The notes under the pieces: model-generated
Databases searched by the model: none
Seen by the model: the letters and a program-made list of their open reading frames with translations, nothing else
What the model was told of the DNA's origin: nothing
Made by a program: the position numbers and the translations under genes
Shown here: piece by piece, positions 37,189-52,000 of the stretch
Layout: every line of letters starts with the position of its first letter
How positions within the stretch are numbered: the first letter of the stretch is position 1
Assembly (NCBI GenBank): GCA_050084515.1
Contig: CM114271.1
Coordinates: 13,888,001-13,952,000, forward strand
Reading direction: 5' to 3'
From: Blasia pusilla
Taxonomy: Eukaryota
DNA: 64,000 bases

Positions 37189-40100
37189 TGTCGTATAGTA
37201 AAATCACCCGCTATGTAAACTCCTCTATCATTAAGTGTTAGAGAGAGTTTTATTAAGTAAATTAGCCTAGGAAAATGAAATTCTCATGTTTAAACTTCTT
37301 TAGGGCGACTCATTTGCGCGGGCCCAACTTTAGGAAAAGAGATAATAAATAAAAGATGAGATTAGAAAAGTAAAGTAGTAGGGTTGGTGCTTTAATAAAA
37401 CAAAAACAAAAAGAGTCTTGGTTGGTGGCTAAGGTTGGTGGGGTAGTTTGGAAGATATGAAGGGAGTAAAAGCTAGAGGATATTTTGGAAGAGATAAAAG
37501 GTAATCTACTTGTATCAAAATATGATTCGCTAAGCCTCCATACTCCATACTCTCCTCAAGTATGGAGCACGAGTTGTGTCGGATTTTTCTTTCCTTAATC
37601 CGTACCACTTAAGATTCTCTTTGTTGATAGGTACCGATTCACTCGCTATCTAGTTTATCACTTTGGGGACGCATTCATGAACCAAGTCATGCAATCTCTA
37701 ACTTCGGTGATTTTTCCAATAGTCACGTACGGAAGGACATGGGATTGCACTTTATATGTCCTTATATAGCTATCCATGGATGTCAATAGGCCTACTCAAA
37801 TAGGATTTAACACTAGTTGTGCTATTTTCCTTGTGTACAAACGTAAAGTAGTTAGAAGAGACAACAACTATCCTCTTCCGAGGATAGATGACCTCTTTGA
37901 TCGATTGTCGAGTGCCAAGTATTTTAGCTAGATTGACCTGAAATCAGGTTATTATCAGATGACAGATTCGGATTTCCAAAGCGGATGTAGAGAAGACTGT
38001 GTGTAGGAAGAGATACGGTTTTTTCGAGTTTGTGGTAATGCCTTTCGGTCTATGTAATGCAACTCTGACGTTCACCACTTTGATGAACTCCATCTTTCAT
38101 AAGAATACGGATGAGTATGTGATCATCTACATAGATGACATACTCGTTTATTTGAAAAAACTAGAGGAGCACGATCGGCATTTGAAGACGGTGTTTGAGA
38201 AACTCAAGGCGAGCAAGCTGTATGCGAATGCAGATAAGAGTGAGTTTGGTTTGATGAAGATCAAGTTATTGGGTTATGTGGTTAGTGGAAATGGAGTGAG
38301 TCTAGACATGAAGAAGGTAAGCCCAATTTCCGAATGGGAACCGCCTTCCACTGTGAGGGGATAAGGAGGTTCATCGGAGCGGTCTATTTTTACCGGACAT
38401 ATGTGAAGAACTTTTTGGGAATAGTGAAACCTCTCAAAAATTGGACCTCCAAGTTTTCCAACACAACATGAACCGAGGAAGTGGATAAGAATTTCAACCG
38501 AGTCAAGGAGATCCTCTCTTAGGAACCAGTTCTGAAGGTGCCGGAGTTTGACCAACCGTTCAAGGTGCACAATGATGCTAGTGATTTTGCGATTGCAGGT
38601 ATGTTGGTATAAAAAGGGAGACCTGTAGTATACGAGAGCAAGAAGCTTAGCGACATCAAAAGGAGATGGCCCACTCATGAGAAAGAGTTGTTCGCGGTGG
38701 TTCATTGTTTAAGGAAGTGGCGTGACTATTTGGGACTTCGCAAGATTCGAGTATTCACTGATAACATTTTGCTCAAGTATTTTGAGACCCAAGATCGCGT
38801 AACACCGAAGCAACTTCGATGTCATGATACCTTGGTGTTGATGAATGTGGAGCTAATCCACAAGCCCGGGAAAGACAATGTCATTCCAGATGCGTGAAGT
38901 CGTAGGGATGAGCATATGCCATTGACAACACAAGTCTTGAAAACAATGTTCCCTAATTAAGCAGACCTCGAAAGAAGGATTTCTGAAGGATACATATCAT
39001 GTCTTTTAGGATAGATCGGTGAGATGTAATAGAGCGCCTTTGTGAGTATTGGAAGACCGGCTCAGTAAGTCAAGGATGACCTACTGAGGCCCGGGGAAAC
39101 CTGAGAGAGCATGTTTCCCCTTCGTTTCGACTCATTTGGAGCCATATTGAGAAACTTACTATTTTAGGTAAGTACCATTTTAAGTATATGAACGACTCTC
39201 TATTTTTGGTAAGTGGCCCTTGACCTCTTACATCAGGTCAAGAGCCAAGGAGGTGACTTGGGAGAATAGGTTAGCATGGAGAGAGCTTGGAAGAGGGGAG
39301 GGGTATACCTCAAGGAGAGAGAGCTCGAGAGCTCATTCTCTCTTTGTTGAACCTCTTGGCATGAGGCGGTCGAGCTATGATCCCTTGCCTTGTGAGTGTA
39401 ACCCAAGCCTCTAATTAGGAGAGTGGGTTTGGTTTGACATGAGAGAGAGTGCACACCTTTGAGAGCTATGGTGTGAGATGGTGTAGAGAGAGATTGGATC
39501 TTACTTTACAAAGAGAGAATGAGAGAATGAGAGAGCTTCATGGGGGAGCTCGCTGGTCACTCACTGTTTTTGCAGGTTGGGGACCGTGTTCCCCGTTCAG
39601 CGGCTCATGCGAGTGCTCACCGGAGCAAGGGCTGCTTTGATTGTTCTTTGCATTTTCCGATTTTTGTGTGGAAGAGTGGCGGGCGGAAGCGCTGCCCAAT
39701 TTCTGATAGGGATTGATTATAGGGGTGGGTTGCCCCATTCTAGTGCTCTCGGAAGCACCATGTAGCTTGCTGATTTGTATTTTTATAGGTTTTACATTTT
39801 GGTTGGGAGAAATCAGCGCGGAAGCGCTGCCAAATTTTGTGTAGAAGAAAGAGACATTGGGATTTACGACAGTCCCTGTCAGTTTTTACTGGAATGTCTA
39901 ATTCCAAATATTTTTTGACGCCGTCGTAGATCATGAAGCTGTGCACGTTGTGCAATAAACAGTGCGCAATTTGGAGTTGCGAGTAAAACATTATGGTCAA
40001 TCTTGAAAAATTGCCATTGCTAGGGGATTTTTAGTGTTAAATTGTTCAAACCCTAAACGAGCCGCCACGCCGGCGGCGGCCGTCGCCGTCATAGTCACTG

Positions 40101-43100
40101 TCACCAATCAACGGTCAACCATCACCGTCAATGGTCTATCGTCACCCTCAACGGTCACCCGTCACCGTCAACGGTCCGTCGTCACCATCAACGGTCCACC
40201 GTCCATCGACCACTATCAGCCGTTGCCGTTGCCCAGCGTTGCTCAGAGCCGCATTTGGCCGTTGTCCACCCTTTGGTTGCCATTGCCGCCAGTATGAAGT
40301 GGAGGGTCTTCCACGACCACTGTTGATTCTCTGACTTGCGCCGCCACCACGTACTTTGGTTTGGCCGCCACCGTCATCGCAGTTTCGTCATCAACTAGTG
40401 ATGGTGGATGACCTCCGGTTATGGTATTTGAGTTTTGATTTCATGTTGCTATGTTGTGATTGGTAGCCGCTCGACGACGATCGAGTACCGTGCTGTGGCG
40501 CCCGTAGCCGCAACGCGCAGCCGATTGCCGCGCCGTGCCGCTCGTGGCCACACCGCACCGTCTCGATCGCGGAACCGCACCGTCATTATGGAGCAGAGTG
40601 TGGGTTTATTGTTGATTGGGGAGGGTAGGCCTCCGAGTCCCGCATCCCACCATCGAGGGTCGTGCCGTTTGTAGCCGTTTTGTGCTGCCTGCAATGCCGT
40701 ACCGTTCCGCTGGAACCGCACTATCTATCGAGGAGTTTTGAGTAGCGTCAGTACGGGAGGAGTCTGACTTGCTGATTGGAGGAGTTTTCTCCATGACCGA
40801 GTTGGGGTCGAGATTTGCAGTTGCTGAGAAGCGACATCGACATGTGTTCCGGTTACCCATTCTGGTCCTTTACCCTGCACGTGTGAGGGATTCTGGGATT
40901 TGGGTAGTTAACTTGGGGATATTGGGTGTGTGGATGCTAAGAGCATTATTTATGTATGTGGTTTAGGGGACATAGACCTGTATGGGATGTCGGGGTTGAG
41001 GGTAGGTTGTCGATGAGATGATAGCCTAGTCGATTTGCGGCACTCACGAGGCAAGAATGATCGGGTGAGAGGGACATGAGGGTCATCATGGCGTCCGTTC
41101 GGGACTTTGAGAAGGGAGGTGGTGAACCCGAGAGTAGCTCTAGAGGTTTTACACTGAGTGGCACGAGGTTCTGAGGGTCTCCACGTGAGGGACCACCTCG
41201 AACTCCTTCTGTGTTGTCTTCAGATGAGGGAGAGCGTGTAGAGGAGTTTGTGAGCACATTGCCACACATTCTGAGTGGTCCTACCAGTTGGCGTTGAGAT
41301 GGACGCCGGGGGGTAGAGGACGCGTGAGGTTTTCAGTGCGATGAGGCACGATTTCTGAGTTTAGGAGTTGGTGCTACTCCCAACGGGCTAGGAACTCTAG
41401 AGAGTTTAACCCGTTTACAGCATGGAACAGTATGTTCCAGCATTTAGAGGGGTGCCCATGGACGATTACCATGAGTTCACTTAGAGATATGCACATGAGA
41501 TCAAGGCGTGGAGGCTCTACTATGACCCACATTATATGTCATGGACGGAGCCGTTCCCAAATGAGGAGGAGGAGTCAGGAGAGGCTAGTTCCTCTTCCAC
41601 TAGTGACGTTTTAGGAGGGGTCACTCGCACGGGAGCAATTGCACCATCTAGTCGGGTTTGTCCCACGTTCAACCCTGTGGTTGAGTTATGTGCTGAGTTG
41701 AGGTCGAGCTACCAGGGGGTACGGACGGAGAAATTGTGGAGCATCCACAACTTTGAGAGGTGCCCGGGTGAGAGTTTGTGTGAGGCTTACACTCGCTTGC
41801 GCCGGTTGATCAACGTCACTCAGGGGGTGACAAAGGCTCAGGCTATCCAGTCATGGTACGCAATGTTAGACCGGACCCTGCGGACACGGGTGCGGGAGGG
41901 GGTGCTTCTTATGAACACCTCCCCTAAGTTGAGAGATTTTTTTAGGAAGGCGTAGCCACCATGGGTTTTGGGCGAGAGCAGTCATGATTGCCTGTACTAC
42001 CTGTGCAACAACGTGGACTCCGAGATAGGTCGACTGTGGCACCACAAGCTTAGGGAGGATACCGGGAGGCCGTGCCATAGAGACCTGCACCTTCATATGC
42101 GGCTCACTAGTAGCCGCCTACTATTACTTGTTGGTCATGTGGTGGAGCCCATCATCAACGCGATTGCATTTGTCAAGGTCATAGACGTGTGGCTCAACAT
42201 GGAGGAGGAGATGGTGTTGCACCAGGAGGTTATCAGTGTGACTATTTTCACAGGTATGGGCAAACACGCGCCAAATGTTTCATTTGATATCCTGAGTTAC
42301 GTCCGGATTGAGGGCCTGAGAGGGCACCAGGTGGTCCCGTTGGGGGACGAGGAGCTGCAGTTGCTCGACACGGTGGTGAAGCTGCCCATGGAGGAGGTAG
42401 AGTCCCACCACCTAGAGGCGTTGAGGGAGATGCCGGGCGTGAGGCTAGGATGGCTGCTCAGATACATCAGCTACAGGAGCAGATTGCCGCTATGGCATTG
42501 AGATTACCCGATGCCGGATCCGTGGCATCGACATCATATGGAGCAGCCAGAGATATGGAGGATCCTAGTTGGATGTGCGAGGTTGCCCAGATGGAGGTAG
42601 CCGCAATTGTGACGCGTGGAGAAGCCGCAGAGTTGGATCCATAACGAGGCAAAGCCAGGAAACAGACTAGGCTTCCTCAATCTTTCACATTGTCCGAGGC
42701 GATGAGGATCCCATCAATGGGTCCTAATCAGAGTTCTTGGTGATGTTCTTGGTGTGCAGGCATAGAGGGCGATGGGAGAAGCAAGTACAACGACTCCTAT
42801 TGTTGATGTTCAAGAGGGGTATGTGTCAAGCACGTTGTTGGGGGCGGCCACCATTTTGTACCGCCCTCCTTTATTTTCTGCTTCTGATGTTATGACGTTG
42901 GGGGCTACCCCCGCCGAGGCTTTTTGGCTGGCCGCTATGCAATGTGAGCATGGAGTTGGAGTTCCTGCATCACATTCAGAGGTGATTGCAGAGGAGGTGA
43001 TGGACCTGCCCTTGGAGCGGATGCTTGGGCCGTCCACGTCAAATTCATGGCAGGCTGCGGCTGCTAGGATAGCGGAGATGGCCGTGATAGAGCATGCCAT

Positions 43101-43914
43101 GGCTTCTCCTGGTGTTGTGTTGGTGGATAACCGAGGAGTGGTCTTCTAGTTGGTGAGTCTCGGAGGTAGAGCTTTTATTCCGTAGCGCGTCTTGTTGGAT
43201 TCAGGAGCGCAACCCCTGATGTTGGGGAAAGCGTCATTCAGAGGATTGGGCTTGACGAGAGCCGATATGGAGCGTTGTCCATTCCGGATACAGACATCCT
43301 TGGGTGGAGCAAATACCACACAGTATATCACCCGACAGGAAGTCGTGGTGAGGATTCGCCCGGGACATCCTACAGATGAGTCCGTGGTGCAAGCCAAAGC
43401 GATAGTGACTGATGCAGAGTCCTACGAGGTCTTGGTTGGTGGAGCAGTGTTATACCCGATGGGGTTTTCCCTACATTACTGGGAGGAATCAGCGTCCTAC
43501 AGACCAGGATGACAATCAAGTGATGGGCGCCTTAGCTCATTACCCGTTCAATTCACAGTTGCAATGATCGAGCGACGGCCAGGAGAGGTGGCGACCTTAG
43601 CAGCATTTAGTAGTGCCATCACTTGGCCTAGTGATTTGATTGAGGGACATGTCTATGCAGAGGATACTCCCGTTCCTGAAATTTCTATGGAGAGGAGTGT
43701 TATGGTAGCCGCATCATTCTGTGGAGGAGAGGTGCCGTTGTGGGGCTCGACTAAGGAGCTTCGACGATTGGCAGATGAGCACGTGCAGACTGCGTGGAGC
43801 GAGGCGTTTGCACCGGAGCGTGATGGGTCTGAGAAACCCGAGGTAGCATGGAGTGCTACGATGACACCCTTGGATACCACACTCATTGTGTGGTGTATCC
43901 CGGAGGAGGGTATT

Positions 43915-46070
43915 CAAGTGTTAGATCTCTTTGGAGGTATTAGCACCGGGTTAGCAGCTGTTTTGTAGGCAGGAGTGCGAGTGCAGCAGTACATGTATGT
44001 GGGGAGTGATGATGTTGCGAGGTGCGTCTCACTACGATATGTGGCGCAGTTACGCCTACGTTTTCCCGACTTATTGTCTGCGTCCGCGGTACAGGGGTAC
44101 CAGAGTTCCCTACCGAGGGATATTTCGTTATTGGGGACGCAGGACTTAGAGCGATTAGGCACAATTGATTTGGTCATTGCCGGTTGGCCATGTCAAGGCC
44201 AATCGAGTGCTAGACGAGGCAGCGGGTTGGCTGACACTCGGTCCAGGTTGTTTTGGGAGATGTGTAATGTACAAGCGTTTCTAATTTACAGTCGATTGTA
44301 GAGTTCGATCCCCAAGAGGATCATTGTTGGATGAAAAGAGAGGGTAAAGTGATTATTATGTTGTAAAAGTAGTGTGGTTGATTCCAGTAACATCTTCCGA
44401 TCCTTCTCAGTACCTATGTTTTCTTCTTCAATTCTCTCTAGTGGAATTTAAAGCACGCTCAGGCAAATTGTTCTCTCAACATCTAGAAACCTCACAGAGA
44501 TCTCAACAATAAGGTTGGCTTCTCCTACTTTCGGAACTCAATCCGTCTTGGCAGGCTACTCTCTGTCAAACAGATTTCATACAACTCCATGTTGATTATT
44601 CCATTGATGAGAAAGGTTTGTCTGATTTCACTCTTCACTCTGCAGACCCAAAAAGACTACCCAAACGTAAGCATCGCACATCAGAATCAATGAATGAGTG
44701 GTTTATTATTCCATCAAGAATGGGAAGACTTCAAAGTGTATACAAGCTCGAGAGGGTACTAATCTCTTGCTCGGACCATTCCTACAGCATAAGGACTTCA
44801 TGAGCGAATGATAATTGTAGCTTCTGTCCTGTTTCTTAAATATTCTCGGAAGTAGGAGCGTTTCCAAGATCTGAAACGTTCCTGATGAAGTTGGTGTCTC
44901 TTCAATATTTGTAACTACCTAGATCTATGGTGTGCTTTCCTTTTCCGATGATCCCTAGGAATCCATAGAAAAAAATTGTCCTAACTGTCTATCTGATACA
45001 AATGGTTGCGCCTCTTCCTAGGCTAACTGTTTTAACTATGTGCCGGTTCGAATCACAAGCACACTGAGCTTCGCTGCGCTGAATTTCTTGAGGACGAAGC
45101 TCTTCAGTCTTCGTTCTCTTCGTGCTTCGTGCTTCGCTCTTCGTGCTTCGTTCTTTGTTATGGAGCGAAGTACTTCGTGTACAGAGCTTCGTTGAGCTTT
45201 GCTAAGCTTCGTTAAGCTTCGTGTTGGTCCTTTATACTTCGTTACTGCATTTGCTTCTCCTCTAAGGCAAATCCTTGATCTTCCATCTCTCTGCCTTGTC
45301 CTAGGAGCTTCGTGATTCACTTGAATCTAACTCTTTCTTCTCCATGCTAGTATATAATAATCAAAACCATAATGTACAAGAGTCTTTGTTCAATAAAAAG
45401 ATAAATTTCTTCCGAAGTACAAAATTGTGGGTATCACAAGATGTTGAGGGTCTTACGGCAGTTTCAAGAGCACCAGTCTCGTTCTCCAGCCTACATTCTA
45501 GAGAATGTGCCAATCTTAGGAGACTCCAAGTCACGGGTGGTGACGAGTGCTCATCAGGTGCGTGTCTGGATCGGCCCAGCTGTCTTCTTGGATGCGGCAA
45601 GTGTAGGTTTTAGAGCCCATCGCCCACGTCTATGGTGGACCAACTTGGTGCCCCATGCGGTGTTACAGAGGGCATATGCGAGAGTGTAGCGCCCCTCCCA
45701 TTTGTAAGTGGATTCCATGCTGGATCCAGGTTGTCGCTCACAGGCAGTGAGGCACGATGATCGACCATCGTTGATTGTGGTCAACAGGGTAGGCATGCCC
45801 GGGGCAGCCTTCCCCACGTTTGTGAGTTTTCCTGCTTCCTATGCATACAAGGAGGCCGGTCCTGGCTTGGTTTGGGATGACTAGGTTGAGAGGTTGGTGG
45901 AGCCCAACGGTGACGAGAGAGAGCGGGCGATGGGATTTCCCACAAGAGTGACGGCACTACCGTCAGTATTAGAGGTATCACGACGCCATGTCTTGGGTCA
46001 AGCGATGGACCTGAACTGCTTGACATGGATCTTGAGCTTGGGAGTGGCTGAGCAGCATCGGATGAGATTA
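43915..46070 (+). pseudogene. C5 cytosine methyltransferase domain, copy 3, split by a solo LTR
   Basis: VLDLFGGISTG, IAGWPCQG, LFWEM | LRVL, ILENV, AHRPRLWWTN, ERERAMGFP, VLGQAMD. Confidence 0.92.
44263..45438. mobile_element. 1176-bp solo LTR of an unrelated family
   Basis: TGTAAT...ATCACA ends; 5-bp TSD AGATG (44258-44262, 45439-45443). Non-coding, with GCTTCGT-rich repeats at 45065-45315. Confidence 0.88.
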
Positions 46071-49000
46071 CGACAGATCACAGCGGTTGCGTTGGTGAGC
46101 CCCATGCCTACCAAGACGGTGGAGGCAATGGCAAGGGATGAGACCCGAGGAGATTGACACACCATGGGAGATCGGGAGAGACACCCTTGGACTTCTTGGG
46201 ATGTTTTGCAGGTACATCAGGAGATGATAGCCACAACATCGAGCATGGTGCCGCGCACTATATGTGGAGGAGATCAGAGTTTGCAGTTGGTTGCATGAGA
46301 GCGGTCGAGTGTTGTTGTTCGAAACGGGGTTGCAACATAGCAACCATCAATATCCGTACCGGAGAGTCCTACCGGAGTCACGATGGAGACTTGGGAGCTA
46401 GATATGGGCCCTTAGTTGACAGGAGGAGAGCGACACCGAATATATCAGTTCCTCAAGAGTTATAGGAGCTACTTTACATTTAGCATGGAGGATTTGGGTA
46501 CGCTAAAGGGACCGGAGATCCGCATTCAATTGTCGAGTGATAGAGGTGACCCTAGAGGTACAGTGATATGGAGAGGGCTCTGATTCACAGTAGGAGCCAA
46601 GACTTGGTTGGAGCAGGACTAGTGGAGATGTCGCATGGGGAGTATGCATCTGCCACTGTCATGCCCGCCAAGAAGGATGTGCATGGCAACTGGACGGATA
46701 GGCGGATGTGTGGGGATTACGGACCTATCAATCGGCAGAGGAAGTCCGATAGGTATGCCATGATCTTTAATGTGATTGGTCACGCAAAGGTCTTCAGTTC
46801 ATTGGATTTGCAAGCCGGATACCATCAGCTTCCTATCAGATTGGAGGAGAGGCAGACACAGCATTTTGGGGCATCGCTCCTCACGGGAAGGATTTTTTGT
46901 ACCAGTGGCGATTCTTACCATTTGGGTTAAAGAACGCCCCGGCTGAGTTTCAGAGGGTCATGGATAGGATCTTGGCTGGTCTGGATTTTTCTAGGTGTTG
47001 TACTGATGACATTGTAGTCTTTAGCGCCACAGTTGAGGAGCATAAGAGACATCTAGAGGAGATGTTTCGACGATTGCAATTACATGGGCTGAAGCTACAT
47101 CCAGGCAAGTGCAAGTTCTTCTACGACCAGATTGAGTACTTGGGTCATACAATATACCCAGGGGGCCTTGGAGTTCAATAGAAGAAGGTAGAGGCTATCT
47201 CACGCATTCCATGCCCTATAGATATGAGCCGTGTTCACGCATTCATGGGATTGGCAAACTTCTATCGGCGGTACGTTAAGGGATTCAGTTCGATTGCGAA
47301 GTCGCTAACCTTGCTCACCAAGGTGGATCACGAGTGGCACTAGGGAGATGAGCAAGAGCGAGCATTTCAATTGCTCAAGGACAGGTTGACGTCCGTGCCC
47401 ATCTTGAGGAGACCAATCAGGGGGCGTCCTTTCCAGTTGCACACAGATTGGAGCATGTTGGGGCTTGGAGCAGTGCTCACCCAACATGATGATGAGGGTA
47501 GAGAGTTCGTGGTGGCTTACGCTAGCCGCTCGAACAACGCTCCACAGGTGAAGTATAGCTTGTATGAGGGTGAGTGCTTGGCTACGGTGTGGATTGTCGT
47601 GCATTTCAGATGCTACTTATTCGGCAACCCATTTACCATCATCACTGATCGTCAACCACTGAAGGGGTTGATGGAGTCTGACAAGCTTACATGGAAGCTT
47701 GCGAGATGGGCTTTGTAGTTGTAGGAGTATGATTTTTAGGTGGTACATAGACCTAGGATGCTCAACCAAGATGCATATTGGTTGAGTCGTCACCCATGCT
47801 CGAGTCAGCGAGATGTGATTGGAGCTCGATGGCATGGAGAGAGTGATGAGGATTCAATGCCAAGATGGCACGCGTCAGCCTATTTAGGCATGTTGGCTAT
47901 GGAGAGCCAGAGTGTGGAGACTTTGATGGCGAGGTCTAGTGGAGAGTCCTTGGATCCCGAGGCCAGTGAGGAGACCACATGTGGCCGAGATATTCATGAT
48001 GATGGAGTAGTCTTGGAGTACCTTCGTACCGGTAGCATTGCAAGCACCGTGGGTGCTAGAGAGCGGGATCGGATCTTACAGCAGGCCAGACGGTTCCGTT
48101 GGGAGGGGACACATGTTTTGAGGGTTTGGGAGGATGGTAGAGTACGTGTAGTGCCGAATCCTTTGCAGAGAGCACGACTAGTGCAGCATGCCCATGAGGA
48201 GTTGGGTCACTTTGGGGTGAATCGGACGTACAGCTTGCTCCAGATTCAGTATTGGTGGCGAGGCATGCAAACTGACGTTCAGCAGTTTGTTGTCAGGTGC
48301 ATGGTGTGTGATCGGGTCCGAGCATCGTTCAATGCTCTGACTCTAGAGTTGCATCCATTATCGATCATGGGCTTAGGGTATAGATGGAGTTTTGATTTTG
48401 CAAGACCTTTGCCTTTGACGGAGCGTCACAGTCATTATGTGTTGGTGATGGTCGAGCACTTCTCAAAGGGGATCGAGTTGGTTGCATTGCCTGACAACGC
48501 GATTGAGGGAGTAGCTTGTGCCTTCCTTGACATAGTGTTGAGTCATTATGGTGCATCGGCTGAGGTGTTGACAGACCAGGGTACTGAGTTTTGCGGTGAG
48601 TTCCAGGCCTTGTGTGATCAGGCGCTGATCGACCACTGCACAACTTCGCGAGATCATCTTGAGGCGGATGGATTAGCGGAGAAAGTTGTGCAGACGGTGA
48701 AGAGGGGTTTACGCAAGTATGGCTTACAAAGAGGTCACCTAGGAGATTGGTACCTCCAGTTGCTATGGTTGGCCATGGGATACAGATTCAGCAGGCATGC
48801 ATCCTTGGCGTGTTTTTCACCGTACTTGCTACTTTATGGCCAAGAGCCAGATTTACCTGCGGCCATTCGTCAAGATGCTGGTGAGGTGCTAGACCTTGAT
48901 GACCCAGATGTATGGATGCGAGCATGTTCTCATAGGGCTGAGTTATTTTGGAGAGTGATGCCCATGGCGTTCGAGAACTTGGGGATTTCGCAACTTCGGG

Positions 49001-52000
49001 ATACATTGAGGTATGCGACTATTCGGGGTGGTGGTTATCGACCAACTATCCAGAGGTTTCATGAAGGAGATTATGTCTACTTGCAGCAGACGACACCGAC
49101 GACTTCTACTAATATTGATGGTACAGTAGATCCCAGCAGTAGTTCTTGCAGGCTTGCGTTGTATGTTGTGTGGTTTTGCCCGTGGTATCGCCACGATGCT
49201 AGTCTGTGATGGATGTTCGAGAGGTTGGCATATGGCATGTCTGACGCCACCTCTCACTAGGGTTCCTCAAGGATGATGGATGTGTCCCAGATGTACATAG
49301 AGGAGATACTAGGTAGGTTTTGATTATGACTTTTTCTGTGACATGGATGACAGGAAGGCGACTAACGATGGGGCCACTCTCTCATTTGGTACTTCTTGTC
49401 TCGTTGTTTGGATGCCATGAGTTAGCATGGGAGAGTGCGTGTTTGTGTGTGTGTTCGGTGACAGCGATGTATGTTGTGTAGTGATGTGTATGTGCACGAT
49501 ATACATGAAGGATGCGCAAGCAAGTGAATACCTAAGGAAGTTGAAGTGGGGTGAGACGGTGGCCAATCTAAGTTTGAGGCATGGTTTGCTAAGATTTAGC
49601 AAAGCAGGATCTATGTGGGCCAAGGCAAGCTACAGACCAAAGTGTTTTGGAATGTCATGACGGACCTTTGGCATGACACAAAAGGGAGAAATCCACTCTT
49701 TCTGTTTTGGCCAAGATGTTCTTCTAGCCCAAGATAAAGGAAGATGTTGCTCAATATGTGAAGACCTACGTGACTTGTCAAGCGAACAAAGTTTCTTATG
49801 CAAAGAAGCAAGGCTTACTTTGTCCTTTGCCTATCCGAGAAGGACCCTTACAAAGCATTAGCATGGATTCCATTGCGAGTCTTTCGGAATCTCAGGGATA
49901 CAACGCTATACTTGTGATAGTTGATTGGTTTAGCAAGTTAGGGAGGTTTGTGCCGACGAGAGATTCTGCGACGGCCTATGGGACTTCCCGACTGTTCCTA
50001 GATAGTTGGTGGCGAGCTCATGGATTGCCTAGGAGCATTGTGTCTTATCCAGATCCAAAGTTTACCAGTGCCTTTTGGAAACATCTATTCATAAGGTTCA
50101 AGACCAAACTCAACTTTAGTACTGCCTTCCATCCTCAAACGGATGGGAAAACGGAAAAATTAAACTTGGTCGTAATTAAACTAGTACTTAAGGAATGATG
50201 TGAGTGCGGACCAGAAAATTTGGGAAAAGTGGCTAAGTAGGGCTGAGTATTGTTACAACTCCACCAAGCATTCTGCAACTGAAGAATATTTTTTTCTTCT
50301 GGCGTATCCAAGAGTACCAGAAGGGTCTCTTCACTTGGCCATTTTGAGGGGCACTACATCGGCACACACTCATCAAGCAACGGCATAATGTTTGTTAGTG
50401 GAAATGCAGGAACAACAAGAGCGAGCAAGAATAAGTCTTGCCAAGGCTCAACTAAGGTACGTGAAGCATGCTAACAAGAGTCGGCGCCAAGTGAGTTTCC
50501 AAGTTGGGGAACAAGTGTGGTTGAGTGTAAAGAATCTCACTCTTATGAAGGAATTATCCGCAAAATTTTCAGCCAAGTATGGTGGATCGTATGTGATCAA
50601 GGCAAAGCCATTTGAGGATATGTATACATTGGAGTTGGAAAACGAGTTCAAGATTCACCCAACATTCCATGTGTCATTATTGAAGAAGTGTCTTCAAGAC
50701 AATGTGTGTCTGGAGCGAAGAATTGTGTTGAGACCACAACCGGTCAAAAAAAATGAGAAACCAGAGTTGGAGGTGGAGACCATTCTGCGTTCTAGACGTA
50801 GAGCCACCAAGTACAAGTACTTGGTCAAGTGGAAAGGCTACCATGTGAAAGAGGCGACTTGGATTGCAAAGGCAGATCTTGAACACGCGCAAGAGGCATT
50901 GCGAGACTTCAAAGGGATGTAAGATAGGCATATATGTTAGTACATGGTGAAGCAAAGGACATAAGTTGTGATCAAAAAGCTTAGGTTGATAACCTATTGT
51001 AACTAGAAAAGTTTAGTTGTTGCAATAAAGAATGCATGGATTTGGAGATTCGAAGCTAGTGATTGTGATTTTGAGAATGGTAGTGCATGGCAATGAGTAG
51101 TTCTTCATATGCTTAGGATATAGGTCAAGGAGGCAAAACAATGAGTCTTTGAGATGAGAGCTTGTATTCGGATAAGGCATCTACATCAAGATCAAGTGTT
51201 GAAGTACTAACATTTGGACCCACCCTAATGGGTTTGTGGTAATCTCATTCATGATGCATAAGAGAACTTAGTGATTCGCCTAAGTAGAATATGAATGATC
51301 CAAAAGTAGTACGAATTGGCTAAGTAAACAGGAAATTATTTACAAATAGTGAGTAAATGAAGTGTTAGGTTTTAGACTTAGTTAGGTTATTTAGATAGTT
51401 TAGATTAGTTATCCAGAATTGGTCTAGGTTGATTGAAGTGGAAAAGCCAATAAATCTAAGTGCTGCAAGCGACAGCCTAAGACTTAAGCCAAAAGAGGAA
51501 TTGCGGGTTAGCTACCAGAACGCGATTCAATGTTAAGGGGTCGACTTCCCAGAAGTTAACATTAGAAAGGTTTGCGTTGATGAGCACATCAATCTTCTAA
51601 GGAGGGGTGAGTGTTGCGGCCCTCATAACGAAACAAACACCAAATAGGCGCCAAGCGAAACATGAGAACTCTAGTGGACTCACGCTACAATGATTGCGCT
51701 TTGGAGAGGCTTTTGGAAAGGTGTCTTGGAAAAGTCCAAGAGACAAAACACGGAACAGAGTGGACTTCGTAAGCGACACTTGGATTCCAACCTGCGATTC
51801 ATTTTCATAACTCACAACTAAGAACTCATTGGATTTCCATTGGAAATTTGGAACCGCATGACATTCAAACGCCATTTGAGGTTCTTGAAGTGACCAGAAA
51901 GTCTATCCCAAGTCTACAAAGACTTGCCTGTGTTGTGAATCGCAAAACTAGGAAGGTTGAGCTTGATGAGAGGCCGAGTCGAGAATTCAGCAAGTTAGAA

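Larger units (their letters stand above)
38995..49501 (+). mobile_element. DNMT-Gypsy copy 3, end to end
   Basis: Mutated termini TATCATG...CACGATA; 4-bp TSD TACA (38991-38994, 49502-49505). Removal restores host frame EGYMKDAQ. A repeat 38995-39508, gag about 41150-42650, PR about 43190, MTase 43915-46070, RT/RH 46500-47790, INT 47900-49110, PHD 49155-49300, B repeat about 49386-49501. Confidence 0.95.
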
